Source: Vulcanimicrobiota bacterium
Lineage (GTDB): Bacteria > Vulcanimicrobiota > Xenobia > Xenobiales > JADMJV01
Length of the DNA: 64,000 nucleotides
Reading direction: 5' to 3'
Assembly (NCBI GenBank): GCA_050250895.1
Contig: JBFWNU010000001.1
Location: 3,347,557-3,411,556 of the forward strand
Each line of letters starts with the position of its first letter. The stretch's first letter is position 1. Under the pieces are notes generated by a model. That model did not search any database. It had not been told where the DNA came from and saw only the letters and a program-made list of their open reading frames with translations. The translations under genes were made by a program, and so were the position numbers. Below, in pieces: positions 1 to 8,739 of the stretch.

Positions 1-1023
1 GATCCCACGGCTGCTGCCGACCGGGCGGAGCCCGTTAAAGACGACCACTCCGTGATGCACCAACACCAGAATGCCTGCCTGGGCGGAAGGGTCGGCCAGC
101 AGATAGTGAGACGAAACCAGCTGATGACCCGCTCGAATCTGGGATACCGGCTGGAGGCCCTCCGCCGTTCTCTCGTAGTGGAGCGCAAGGAGGGCGTGAT
201 ACCACTCGCCTTCCCAGTCCGGACCGTAGAGGTCCTCGAGGCCCTCCATCTGGACCGGTCCCCAAACGGGCTGGGGTTCGTGACTCGGGGCCGGGCGCTC
301 TCCATAGACCTCGGCTCGAGCCCAGTACTGATAACTGTGAGAGTTGACCACCATCGTCACATTGCTTCGGAACATGGTGGTTTCCATTTCGGTTCTCACC
401 TTGCCGCCGCTGGCGGCATATCGACTGCAAAGCTCCGGAGGCCGTAGCCGCCGGCTGCCCAGATAGACGGGGATGCCCGAAAAGCAGCACCTTCGGCTGA
501 GGGTGTCGTGGAGGGCGGAGCGAAGCTTCAGGCTTCGTTGCAGGCCACCTACGGACCACCGGGTCAGGAATTTGAACTGCAGATCGGTCCGGTCGGCCTC
601 GTCTGAATCGACCGCGATCACGGTTCCATCGCGGGCGAAAGAGACAAGTTCACCCCCGGCCAGTCTCCAGGAGACGCTGGCCACATCCTGGGCCAGACCC
701 CCCAGCACGCCCATGAGCAGGTGATGGATGGGTTCGGCCTCGTGGCTCGGTGGGACCGAGAAGGCTTGGAGCAGACTGTGGCCATGAAACCGGCAGCCCG
801 GTGCCGAGAGCTTGAGCGACGAGCGACCCACCGCGCAGCGAACCTCGCTGGCCCCGGCCGAAATCAACCCCTGCACGAGCTTGAGGGCGAACAGCCCGGG
901 GTGGGCGGCCACCGCTTGCTGCAGCGGGCGCAGTCGATTCTCGGCGGCCAGCGTGAACTCGCCACTAGAATGGTGGGTCCCCTGGCTGCCGAGGCTTTCG
1001 AGAAAGTTGGAGAGGTCCAGCAC
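1..1023 (-). CDS. Hypothetical protein of the 'S-x-G-x-F-T' (degenerate GHKL/HSP90-like N-terminus) family, truncated by the window edge
   Basis: Not in the ORF track because it runs off the window. Manual translation from GTG at 1023 gives MLDLSNFLESLGSQGTHHSSGEFTLAAENRLRPLQQAVAAHPGLFALKLVQGLISAGASEVRCAVG, open to position 1. The N-terminus resembles the ORFs at 14878 and 39786. It is co-oriented directly after the kinase. Confidence 0.75.
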   Translation of the reverse strand, partial: MLDLSNFLESLGSQGTHHSSGEFTLAAENRLRPLQQAVAAHPGLFALKLVQGLISAGASEVRCAVGRSSLKLSAPGCRFHGHSLLQAFSVPPSHEAEPIHHLLMGVLGGLAQDVASVSWRLAGGELVSFARDGTVIAVDSDEADRTDLQFKFLTRWSVGGLQRSLKLRSALHDTLSRRCCFSGIPVYLGSRRLRPPELCSRYAASGGKVRTEMETTMFRSNVTMVVNSHSYQYWARAEVYGERPAPSHEPQPVWGPVQMEGLEDLYGPDWEGEWYHALLALHYERTAEGLQPVSQIRAGHQLVSSHYLLADPSAQAGILVLVHHGVVVFNGLRPVGSSRGI

Positions 1024-1056
1024 GGGTCGGAATTCTTGCCGGAACGAGCCCGTCCT

Positions 1057-2295
1057 CTAGCGGACGAACTCGTCCCAACCCTGGCCCCCGCGCAGGCCGG
1101 CCATCTCGACGATTCGCTCGCACAGGCGGGCGTGGCCCTCGAGGCCAGCCAGGTCCAACAGGCCGAAGAACTCGGTGGGAGTCTCGGTGAAGAACTCGAA
1201 TTCGCCCTGGTCCCAGCTCACCACGGCTTTGCGACAGCCCAGCTGGGGGTCGGTTACGAAGCGAAGATTGCGCACCGCGCTCCAGTCGCAGGCGGCCTGC
1301 TGTCCCTCTTGCTCGAAGCGCAGTCCGTTGGGACTCACCAGAATGCGGGTGTCCGCACAGCGACGACTGAGTTGGCGGTCGCGATAGAGGGCTCGCAGCC
1401 AGAAGGGAAGGAAGAGCGAGGCCACCAGCGGGATCGTGGGCGAGAGGCCCAGCCAGGCCCACGAGAGTGCCGCCCCCGCGGTCGTCACAGCACTCGCCCA
1501 GGCATAGTCGGCTTCGCTCCGTTCGCCGCTGGGGTAGCTGAAAGTCTCTTGCTCGGGAACCTTCAGCGCCGTGCGCAACTCGGCCGCGCTCTGGTAACGC
1601 TTCTCGGGTTCGAGCTGGGTGGCTTTGCGCACCACCCCGGCCAATCGCGGCGCGCCCTCGAGGGCCGGCAAGCGAAACGGCGACAGAGCCGGGTCATAGC
1701 CGCTGACCAGATGGTGCAGCAACACTCCCAGGGCATAGAGGTCGGCGCGAGCGTCGGTTTGGGTCTGGCCGTACTGTTCGGGTGCGGCATAGCCGGGAGT
1801 GCCCATCACGACCGTGTCGCGGGACTGGCCGAGCTTGTGAAAGCGGGCGATTCCGAAGTCGACCAGCCACAGGTGGCCGCGCCCGTCACGCATGACGTTG
1901 CCCGGCTTGAGGTCGCGATAGACCAGGCCGTGGGAGTGGAGATAGTCGAGGGCGTCGCACAGCACCAGTCCCACTTCGACTGCCTGGCCCTCGTCAAGCC
2001 CCGCCTCGAGCTCCTTGCCTTCCACCAGTTGCATGACCAGATAGCGACAATCGCCCTCGACGAAGTGGTCGCTGACCCGCGGCAGGTTCGGATGCTCGAG
2101 AGTGGCCAGGATCTCGGCTTCGCGCGTGAACTGCGCCACCGCCTCGCCGTCGGCCGGTTCTTTCATCTGCTTGAGCGCCCAGCGACCGGGCAGGCGAGAG
2201 TCACTTACCTCATAGACATAGCTCATGCCACCCTCACCCAGCAGTCGCTCGACCTGATAGCGGCCTCCCACTTTGGTTCCGGCTGGCAAGATCAT
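1057..2295 (-). CDS. Hanks-type Ser/Thr protein kinase with C-terminal membrane segment(s)
   Basis: LGEGGMSYVY glycine loop, WALK lysine, YRDLKPGN catalytic loop, DFG and GTPGYAAPE motifs; hydrophobic stretch AALSWAWLGLSPTIPLVASLFLPFWL. Confidence 0.93.
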   Translation of the reverse strand: MILPAGTKVGGRYQVERLLGEGGMSYVYEVSDSRLPGRWALKQMKEPADGEAVAQFTREAEILATLEHPNLPRVSDHFVEGDCRYLVMQLVEGKELEAGLDEGQAVEVGLVLCDALDYLHSHGLVYRDLKPGNVMRDGRGHLWLVDFGIARFHKLGQSRDTVVMGTPGYAAPEQYGQTQTDARADLYALGVLLHHLVSGYDPALSPFRLPALEGAPRLAGVVRKATQLEPEKRYQSAAELRTALKVPEQETFSYPSGERSEADYAWASAVTTAGAALSWAWLGLSPTIPLVASLFLPFWLRALYRDRQLSRRCADTRILVSPNGLRFEQEGQQAACDWSAVRNLRFVTDPQLGCRKAVVSWDQGEFEFFTETPTEFFGLLDLAGLEGHARLCERIVEMAGLRGGQGWDEFVR

Positions 2296-3941
2296 GGTTG
2301 CTCCAATCGCAGCCCGCCCAGGTCGACACTCTGCTCACCGACCGTCACCGTCCCGGGAGGGTTGGTCACAGCCAGCGGCAGGCGCGAGGCCAAAACATAG
2401 CTACCGGGCTCGAGGGAAGTGAACTCGAAGCGTCCCTGGCTATCGGTCTCGGTCACCCGCAAGGCCGTCCAGCCCCAGTAGCCGACCTCCGTTCGCAGCG
2501 TGCGCTCGGCCGCGTCCTCGCCTCCCGAGAGCAGGCGCAAGCGCGCTCCCGCCAGGGGCTGACCGTCGGCGTGCAGCAAACGACCGTGAAGACGGCCGGC
2601 GGGCGGATTCAAACAGAGCTGGTACCATTCTTCGATGGCTTGATTGTCGGGCAGCAACTGGCGGGCTCTTTGAGCCTGAGGCAAGAAATCGGGATGGGGT
2701 GCCAGCCCCGGAATGCCGGCCGGGCCGGTGCCCCACCAGCCCCGGCGGGCGGGACGCATCTTCTCGAGCAAAGGTAGCGCTTCGGCAAAGCCGGGCAGCG
2801 GTTCCCACCGGCTCATCTCGGCCTGGCGCAGGTCGTTGTTGATGAAGACGCTGGCATAAAGGCTCTGGGGTGGTGGGCTGTCCACCACCCCGTCCGACTC
2901 GACCCAGGTCAGCGGTCTGGTCCACAACTGGGTCTTCATGGGCACGTGGGCCGGTTCTTCCCCGGGGTGGCTGACCAGCCCCAGCAGGTCCAGGCGGGCG
3001 CCGCCCAGCACCACCAGGCCCAGCACCAGCCCGGCCAAAAGCGAGGGACGCAGGTCCACCACCACCTCGAAGAAGGTCGAGGCCAGCACCGTCAACCCTA
3101 CCCCGGTCAGTACCAGCCAGGCCATTAACTGCGGTGCCTCCAGCATGTGCCGCAGGTAATACATTTGGGGCACTCCTAATAGGCGCAGAAAGCCCTCGAG
3201 CAAGTGGCGGCCCTGCCAGGCCCAGCTGCAGCTCAAAGCGGCCAGACCAAGGGCGCCATAGAAAGTGATAGCGGCGGCCGGAACGCCGCCTTGCAACCGG
3301 CGCACGCCCATCCACCAGAACAGGATCGGCACCAGCGCCAAGGGCCAGGTGGTGGCCAGCAACCCCTCCGGTCGTTCATAGAACGAGCCGTAACAAGTCA
3401 TCGCGTAGATGGCCGCAAAACCCAGGTGGGGTAGAGCGGTGACGGCCGTCAGCAGGCCCAGCATGCGGCCCGTCGAGAGCGGTTGATGCAAGTCGCCCAA
3501 CCGCAGGGAGCGCACCCAATTGACCAGCAGAACCAGCACCAGGATGACCGTAGGCACCCCCGGCACCACCAGGCTGTCTTTCACGATGCCGTACTCGAAG
3601 CCAGGAATGCGGCCCGTTTGCCAGGCCAGGTCGGCCGCCCCCACCAGGCTGCAGCCGGCCAGGGCCAGTGCTGCCGCCGGCCAGAGGTGGCGGATTTCGG
3701 CCGGCCGTTGGCGGCGATTGGGCAACCACCAGCTCGGCTGACTGTGCACCTGAGCGGCCACCCGCTCGGCAAAATCGTCGGCCAGGGCCGGACTGGGCAA
3801 GCCGGCCAATTCGCGGAACAGATTCGACCGTTCGGCGTGCTGGCGCTGGCAATCAGAGCACTCTTCGAGGTGGGCGAACACCTCGGCCGGAGCCTCTTGC
3901 CGTTGCTCGGTGAGCAGTTGCTGGACGCGCTCGCAGTTCAT
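2292..3941 (-). CDS. Zinc-finger (ZAS-type) anti-sigma factor, multi-pass membrane protein with a C-terminal carboxypeptidase-regulatory-like beta domain
   Basis: True start is ATG at 3941 (MNCERVQQLL...HLEECSDC, HxxxCxxC motif), overlapping the sigma stop as ATGA. Several TM helices. C-terminal GRLHGRLLHADGQPLAGARLRL...TDSQGRFEFTSLEPGSYVL. The ORF-track extension to 4220 overlaps the sigma gene and is rejected. Confidence 0.85.
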   Translation of the reverse strand: MNCERVQQLLTEQRQEAPAEVFAHLEECSDCQRQHAERSNLFRELAGLPSPALADDFAERVAAQVHSQPSWWLPNRRQRPAEIRHLWPAAALALAGCSLVGAADLAWQTGRIPGFEYGIVKDSLVVPGVPTVILVLVLLVNWVRSLRLGDLHQPLSTGRMLGLLTAVTALPHLGFAAIYAMTCYGSFYERPEGLLATTWPLALVPILFWWMGVRRLQGGVPAAAITFYGALGLAALSCSWAWQGRHLLEGFLRLLGVPQMYYLRHMLEAPQLMAWLVLTGVGLTVLASTFFEVVVDLRPSLLAGLVLGLVVLGGARLDLLGLVSHPGEEPAHVPMKTQLWTRPLTWVESDGVVDSPPPQSLYASVFINNDLRQAEMSRWEPLPGFAEALPLLEKMRPARRGWWGTGPAGIPGLAPHPDFLPQAQRARQLLPDNQAIEEWYQLCLNPPAGRLHGRLLHADGQPLAGARLRLLSGGEDAAERTLRTEVGYWGWTALRVTETDSQGRFEFTSLEPGSYVLASRLPLAVTNPPGTVTVGEQSVDLGGLRLEQP

Positions 3942-4468
3942 GACTTGCGCTCCTTCCAAAGCTTCTCGAAACGCACTCGGCCGGCGCTCAGGCGACTGCG
4001 TACGGTGCCCACCGGCACCTCCATGACCTCGGCCATCTCCTCGTACGAGAAGCCGAGCATGTCGCGCAAGAGCACGGCCTCGCGCTCGATGGGAGTCAAC
4101 TCGGCCAGGGTCTGGCGTAGTTGCACCCGGGTCACGGCCGTCTCGTCGGGGCCGGTTTCGAGCGAGGCCTGCTCCTCGATCTCGACGGTGGGCCGCCGTT
4201 GCTTGAGCGATTTGTAGCACAGGCGCCGCAGAATGCGGGCCAACCAGGCTCGCACCTGAGCCGGCTCGCGCAACTGGTGCAGGCGGGCGAGACCGGTCAG
4301 ATAGGTCTCTTGCAGCAGGTCTTGAGCGGCGTGGAAATCGCCCACCATGCCGTGGGCCAACCGCAGCAAGAAGTCCTGGGTGCGACGAACCAGCTCGGCC
4401 GTGGCTCGTTGGTCCCCGGACTGAATGCGGCCTACCAGTTCGGCAAGATCGACCGAGTTTGGTGGCAA
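3938..4468 (-). CDS. ECF RNA polymerase sigma-70 factor
   Basis: Region 2 (AQDLLQETYL...AWLARI) and region 4 (REAVLLRDMLGFSYEEMAEVMEVPVGTVRSRLSAGR). Confidence 0.95.
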   Translation of the reverse strand: MPPNSVDLAELVGRIQSGDQRATAELVRRTQDFLLRLAHGMVGDFHAAQDLLQETYLTGLARLHQLREPAQVRAWLARILRRLCYKSLKQRRPTVEIEEQASLETGPDETAVTRVQLRQTLAELTPIEREAVLLRDMLGFSYEEMAEVMEVPVGTVRSRLSAGRVRFEKLWKERKS

Positions 4469-4517
4469 CCGGCTACTATATGCTCCCGCGATCAGAATGA
4501 GATGGTCCTCCCCAGCG

Positions 4518-4544
4518 TAGAGGAGCCAATCTGGCCAAAAGTTC
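4518..4544 (-). promoter_or_regulatory. Putative ECF-sigma promoter for the sigma operon (GAACTT-N16-CTCTA)
   Basis: Minus strand reads GAACTT TTGGCCAGATTGGCTC CTCTA. GAACTT is the classical sigmaE-type -35. Mirror image of the plus-strand promoter. Confidence 0.55.
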
Positions 4545-4570
4545 GGTCGAAAGAAAAATTACCCTGGACC

Positions 4571-4597
4571 GAACTTTTTGCCTGTCAGTCCTCTCAT
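4571..4597 (+). promoter_or_regulatory. Putative ECF-sigma promoter for vanW (GAACTT-N16-CTCAT)
   Basis: GAACTT TTTGCCTGTCAGTCCT CTCAT, followed by a GGGAGGA SD and ATG 4618. Confidence 0.55.
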
Positions 4598-4617
4598 CGC
4601 AGGGAGGACTTACCGAT

Positions 4618-5442
4618 ATGCAACAGGAGAAGAGTTTGACCGAGGTGGCCGTGCACGCCGCTAAAGTCAGAGTGCATCAGGGCCGCCGCTTACTTCGCTG
4701 GTGGCTACAGCCGCGCCACTATCCCCGCCCGCGCCTGGCCTCGGGCGGCTTCGACCACCTGCTGTGGCGCAAATCCGTGCCCATCGAGCGCGGTGACGCC
4801 GACGCCCACCCCCTGCTCGAGGCCGGCAAGCTCACCAATCTCAGGCTGGCCGCTCCCTACTTCGACGGGCTGGAGCTTGGCCCGGGCCAGCCGCTATCCT
4901 TCTGGCGGACACTCGGCCAGGTAAGCGCCCGGCGCGGCTTTCGCCACGGCATGGAACTCAAGGCGGGTTGCATCGTGCCCGCCCTGGGCGGCGGCCTCTG
5001 CCTGCTCTCGAACGAACTCTTCGTGCTGGCCGCCCAGCTGGGCTGGACCATCCTCGAGCGCTACGGTCACACCATGGAGGCCGTTCCCAGCTATACTCGC
5101 CCCTGGGGACTCGACGCGACCATCTTCTGGCCCTATGTCGACCTGCGCGTCGAGCCGCCTTATCCGTGTCGCCTCGAGGTCAAGGCCGGCCACGAACTCT
5201 CGCTGGTAGTGCGCGGCCGCCAGCCCCTCTCGGGACGGGTCGAACTCTATTCTCGCGATGATGCGGTGGGGGACGGCTGGCGCTCGAACACCCTGATGCG
5301 ACGCCGCTTCGACAGCCAGGGCAAGCTGTTGGCCGACGAGGTCATCGGCCACAACCGCAAGCGCATCCTGACCAGTCCGGCCCGTCGTCGCAATTGCCTG
5401 ACCTGTGGCGAGACGGCCTGCAAAGCGAGGGTGCAGCTATGA
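4618..5442 (+). CDS. VanW family protein
   Basis: KLTNLRLAA..FDGLELGPGQPLSFWRTLG, GF..G.EL..G....LGGGLCLLSNELF, ILERYGH, GLDATIFWPYVDLR; C-terminal CxxC...C (RNCLTCGETAC). Confidence 0.88.
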   Translation: MQQEKSLTEVAVHAAKVRVHQGRRLLRWWLQPRHYPRPRLASGGFDHLLWRKSVPIERGDADAHPLLEAGKLTNLRLAAPYFDGLELGPGQPLSFWRTLGQVSARRGFRHGMELKAGCIVPALGGGLCLLSNELFVLAAQLGWTILERYGHTMEAVPSYTRPWGLDATIFWPYVDLRVEPPYPCRLEVKAGHELSLVVRGRQPLSGRVELYSRDDAVGDGWRSNTLMRRRFDSQGKLLADEVIGHNRKRILTSPARRRNCLTCGETACKARVQL

Positions 5443-6314
5443 TGGTGGTCGCTCCCGAGCCTTGCGGCTGGTTGTCGCTGGTGTCCGGTCGGCTGGTAGC
5501 CCCCTGGGCTCTGCCCCGCCTGCCCATCCCTTTCTTCCGCCGTCGCCACCAGCCCGGCGCCCGCGGTTGGCCCGGCTTCTTCTTGCTCGAAGCCGGCCTG
5601 CGCCTGTGGGCCGGACGTAACGTCACTCGCTCGCTGCGGGCCCGCTTCTGGCTGCGGCGGCTGGTGGGCTCGCGGCTGCGCTCACCAGGGGATGAGCCGG
5701 TCGTGGTGGCCACGCTCTCGGCTCTCGAGCTGTTCAGTCACCACCCCGGCAAGAAGATCCTGATGCTCGATCTGCCCTTGCTTCGCCAACTACACGCTGA
5801 CCTCGATCAGGCCGCCCGGCATCACCCCCACAGCCCGTTCCTCCACCGCTTTCGGGCTCCCCACGCGGTAGTGGCCCGGCAAGAGGCCGAACTGGCCCTG
5901 GCCGACGAGGTGTGGGTGCTGGGTCCTTACGCCGAGACCTTACTGAGCGGCTATCCCGTGCGCCGCCTCGACCGCCCCGTCGCCCCCCGCCCGGCCCAGG
6001 GCACGGACTGGCTCTTGGCCGGCCCGGCCACGGCCCGCAACGGAGTCTACCAGGCCCTGGAGCTACTCGAACGCTTTCCCCAGGCGCGCTTGCGCGTCAA
6101 TCCCGGCGAAGGCCTCGAGCCCTTCGACCTGCTCGACCACCCCCGCGTTACCCCGGCGGGCGACCTCGAAGGCGTGGGTCTGGTGCTGGCTCTGAGCTGG
6201 TGCGAAAGCTATCCCGCCGAAGCCCGCAGCGGCCTGCCCCTCCTCGCCACTCGACCGGCCGGCGGCGACCTCGTCCCCGGAGACCTCGAAGGCCTGGTCT
6301 CTCGTCTCGGCTAG
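5439..6314 (+). CDS. Hypothetical protein, degenerate GT-B/GT4 glycosyltransferase-like
   Basis: ATG 5439 overlaps the vanW stop (ATGA). RQEAELALADEVWV, LAGPATARNG and LALSWCESY resemble worn GT4 motifs. Confidence 0.55.
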   Translation: MMVVAPEPCGWLSLVSGRLVAPWALPRLPIPFFRRRHQPGARGWPGFFLLEAGLRLWAGRNVTRSLRARFWLRRLVGSRLRSPGDEPVVVATLSALELFSHHPGKKILMLDLPLLRQLHADLDQAARHHPHSPFLHRFRAPHAVVARQEAELALADEVWVLGPYAETLLSGYPVRRLDRPVAPRPAQGTDWLLAGPATARNGVYQALELLERFPQARLRVNPGEGLEPFDLLDHPRVTPAGDLEGVGLVLALSWCESYPAEARSGLPLLATRPAGGDLVPGDLEGLVSRLG

Positions 6315-6350
6315 CTCTGTCTGGCTCGGCCCGCGGCGGGTCGGGGCCTT

Positions 6351-6587
6351 TGCTCCCGCGCAATCCCGGAGCCTCCCACAAAAGCCGGGAGCACCCCCTG
6401 GCTGGCGGGGTCGGGGCCTTTGCTCCCACGAAAACCGGGAGCACGCCGCCGCCGGCGGCGGGGCGGGTTTGCTCCGACAAAATCCCGGAGCGTGCTCCGA
6501 CAAAAGCTGGGAGCACGCCCTTGCCGGCGGGCGGGGCGGGTTTGCTCCGACAAAATCCCGGAGCATGCTCCCACAAAAGCTGGGAGC
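6351..6587. repeat. Cluster of ~7 REP-like palindromic units, consensus TGCTCCSACAAAAKCYSGGAGCA
   Basis: Units start near 6351, 6373, 6421, 6470, 6493, 6543 and 6566. Each has GCTCC...GGAGC arms; GC-rich linkers are shared between units. Lies between convergent genes. Confidence 0.8.
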
Positions 6588-6667
6588 TGACCCGGGCCCT
6601 GGGCGGCCAGAACGGCCTTCATCCTGAGATTTTCACGGTGTAAAGCACAGACCGGGCCACGACGGGG

Positions 6668-8614
6668 CTAGGCAAGTGCAGGCGCGCCGGGCATGGCGTC
6701 GATGGCCACCAATCTTGAAGTGGGAGCGTCGCCGCGCAGCGAGGTTAGATACTCCCCATGGGGAGCGTTGTCGAGGTCGATCTCGATCACGCCGCCGCCG
6801 ATTTCCCAGAACAGCTCTTTGCCGTTGTTGCCTTTGCCGACATAGACGCTGTTGGTGCCCTGGTTCTCGCTGGCGATGTCGCCGGGCTTGTCGAAGTAGC
6901 GCCACTCGCCGGGCACCAGCTTGTCGCTGCCGGCATCAAAGCGGGCATATTCGACGCCAGCCACGGCACCGTCGCCGTTGTCCACCGGAGCATAGTTGAC
7001 GCTCACTTCAAAGCCCGAGTCGAAGGCATCACCATTGACGTCGTGCGAGTCGAAGTGGGAATGCAGGGCCAGGCTGCCGTGGGCGTTGTTGAAGTCGTCG
7101 GCGCCGATGGTGTCGAGCTGAGCCTTCAGGTTCAGCACGCGAATCGGAGTGGCGCAGTCGAGGATGTAGTCGCCCTTATTGGCAAACAGGTGCTCGATGG
7201 CGTCGGAAGCCTTGAGCGGCTGGCCCTGGTCGTTGGTGGCCCGCATCTTGAGATACTGAAAGGGCTCGCCGTCGTCGCCGGTGCGCTCGACCAGTTCCCA
7301 ATAGTCGGTGCGACCGAGAACGGACTCATCGCCCCGCTGCTGAGGTGGGTTAAGGCGGTTGTTGGGTAGATCGACGATGTTCTCGGTGAAATCCCAGGCC
7401 GGCTCGCTCGCCTCATAGGCCGCTTTGACCAGGTTCTCACGAAATTTGACGTTGTAGACATCCGAGTCGGTCAGCAGTCGTGAATCGACCACCTGGCCGT
7501 TGGCGTTCTTGATTTCCACGGTGTCGCCGGTGCTGATATCGCCGCTGCCGTTGACTCCGCTGTCGCGAAGGTTGACAGCCTGGCCGGCTCCGGCGAAGAG
7601 ACCGCTCAGAATCGAATTTCTCGTCTCGCTCAGGTCGAGCGCCGGAGCGTTGGTGGGTGGCGCCGGGTTGTTGGTGCCCGTGTTGGGGTTGGCGCCCGTG
7701 TTGGGGTTAGCTCCGGTGTTCGGGTTGGCGCCCGTGTTGGGGTTAGCCCCGGTGTTGGGGTTGGCTCCGGTGTTCGGGTTGGCTCCGGTGTTCGGGTTAG
7801 CTCCGGTGTTCGGGTTAGCTCCGGTGCTCGGGTTAGCTCCGGTGTTGGGGTTGGCGCCCGTGTTGGGGTTGGCTCCGGTGTTCGGGTTGGCACCCGTGTT
7901 GGGGTTGGCACCCGTGTTGGGATTGGCTCCGGTGTTCGGGTTGGCTCCGGTGTTCGGGTTAGCTCCGGTGTTGGGGTTGGCGCCCGTGTTGGGGTTGGCT
8001 CCGGTGTTCGGGTTGGCACCCGTGTTGGGGTTGGCACCCGTGTTGGGATTGGCTCCGGTGTTCGGGTTGGCACCCGTGTTGGGGTTGGCTCCGGTGTTGG
8101 GGTTGGCTCCGGTGTTGGGGTTGGCGCCCGTGTTGGGGTTGGCTCCGGTGTTGGGGTTGGCTCCCGTGTTGGGGTTGGCCCCGGTGTTCGGGTTGGCTCC
8201 CGTGTTGGGGTTGGCTCCCGTGTTCGGGTTGGCTCCCGTGTTCGGGTTGGCTCCGGTGTTGGGGTTGGCGCCCGTGTTGGGGTTGGCTCCCGTGTTCGGG
8301 TAGCTGCCGTAGCCTGAGTTGTAGGAGCCGAAAACTGCGCGATAGCCCCGGCCGGTGCCCCAGCTGTTGCTGTTGTGAGTGGGGTAGGTGGGGGCGGGCG
8401 GTTGATAGGTCGGGTAGTGCTGCTGCGGCGCCGGGGCCGACCAGCCCAGAAAAGAGGCCCAGCCCGAGAAGGCTGAAGTCAGGGTTTGATACTGCTGGTA
8501 GTGGCTCGCGTTGAACGAGGCGTAGCGCGGGGCGCTCTGGGTGTAGTTGAAGGAGTAGGTTGCTGGCGTGTAATTGATATTGTTGAGACGGTCGGGGCCG
8601 TAGTTATAGATCAT
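6668..8614 (-). CDS. Repeat-containing protein with a C-terminal Tgl-like (Bacillus-type) protein-glutamine gamma-glutamyltransferase domain
   Basis: Y/N/S-rich N-terminus and PNTGAN repeat stalk, then FRENLVKAAYE, KASDAIEHLFANKGDYILDCATPIRVLNLKAQLDTIGADDFN, LVPGEWRYFDKP and NQGTNSVYVG. These parallel the Tgl motifs I recall (PSDAIRDIF..G..YAFECAT, PGDVRYFKNP, WQGEN). Putative catalytic Cys codon at 7154-7156. Confidence 0.75.
   Translation of the reverse strand: MIYNYGPDRLNNINYTPATYSFNYTQSAPRYASFNASHYQQYQTLTSAFSGWASFLGWSAPAPQQHYPTYQPPAPTYPTHNSNSWGTGRGYRAVFGSYNSGYGSYPNTGANPNTGANPNTGANPNTGANPNTGANPNTGANPNTGANPNTGANPNTGANPNTGANPNTGANPNTGANPNTGANPNTGANPNTGANPNTGANPNTGANPNTGANPNTGANPNTGANPNTGANPNTGANPNTGANPNTGANPNTGANPNTGANPSTGANPNTGANPNTGANPNTGANPNTGANPNTGANPNTGANPNTGANPNTGTNNPAPPTNAPALDLSETRNSILSGLFAGAGQAVNLRDSGVNGSGDISTGDTVEIKNANGQVVDSRLLTDSDVYNVKFRENLVKAAYEASEPAWDFTENIVDLPNNRLNPPQQRGDESVLGRTDYWELVERTGDDGEPFQYLKMRATNDQGQPLKASDAIEHLFANKGDYILDCATPIRVLNLKAQLDTIGADDFNNAHGSLALHSHFDSHDVNGDAFDSGFEVSVNYAPVDNGDGAVAGVEYARFDAGSDKLVPGEWRYFDKPGDIASENQGTNSVYVGKGNNGKELFWEIGGGVIEIDLDNAPHGEYLTSLRGDAPTSRLVAIDAMPGAPALA
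7670..8299 (-). repeat. Intragenic 18-bp tandem repeat, 35 units, encoding PNTGAN (one PSTGAN, last PNTGTN)
   Basis: 630 bp of CCSAACACSGGNGCYAAC units; variation is almost entirely at synonymous positions. Confidence 0.95.
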
Positions 8615-8739
8615 CTTTGCTGTCCTGTATTGTTTTGTCCAACCTAGGAAAACACGCTTAATGTTCTCTGAAAGTTAGGGTTTTCTCACACTTTGAGTGG
8701 GCCTTCCGCGCGGAAGTGAGCCCGGTCCGGCAGACAGTA

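Noticed and set aside
35-724. Short ORFs 35-559, 52-447 and 473-724
   Set aside because: All overlap the minus-strand gene 1-1023, which is open throughout in another frame and has family support.
721-2400. 559-aa plus-strand ORF
   Set aside because: Antisense shadow of the kinase and the minus-strand gene downstream of it; no motifs. Long antisense ORFs are expected with high GC3.
3942-4220. N-terminal extensions in the ORF track (also 30137-30454, 43708-43857, 52295-52558, 53236-53361, 61579-61788)
   Set aside because: They overlap neighbouring real genes or promoter regions; better starts match domain boundaries or stop-start overlaps.
4618-5442. Vancomycin-resistance cluster
   Set aside because: Only a VanW-family gene; no vanHAX/vanB ligase or vanRS nearby.
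6330-6590. Possible CRISPR array
   Set aside because: Spacing is irregular, linkers are repeats of each other rather than unique spacers, and there are no cas genes or leader.
7500-8303. Plus-strand (GLAPVL)n ORF and minus-strand PT-rich ORF
   Set aside because: Alternate readings of the PNTGAN repeat. The PNTGAN frame is continuous with the flanking domains and has a start and stop context; these are not.
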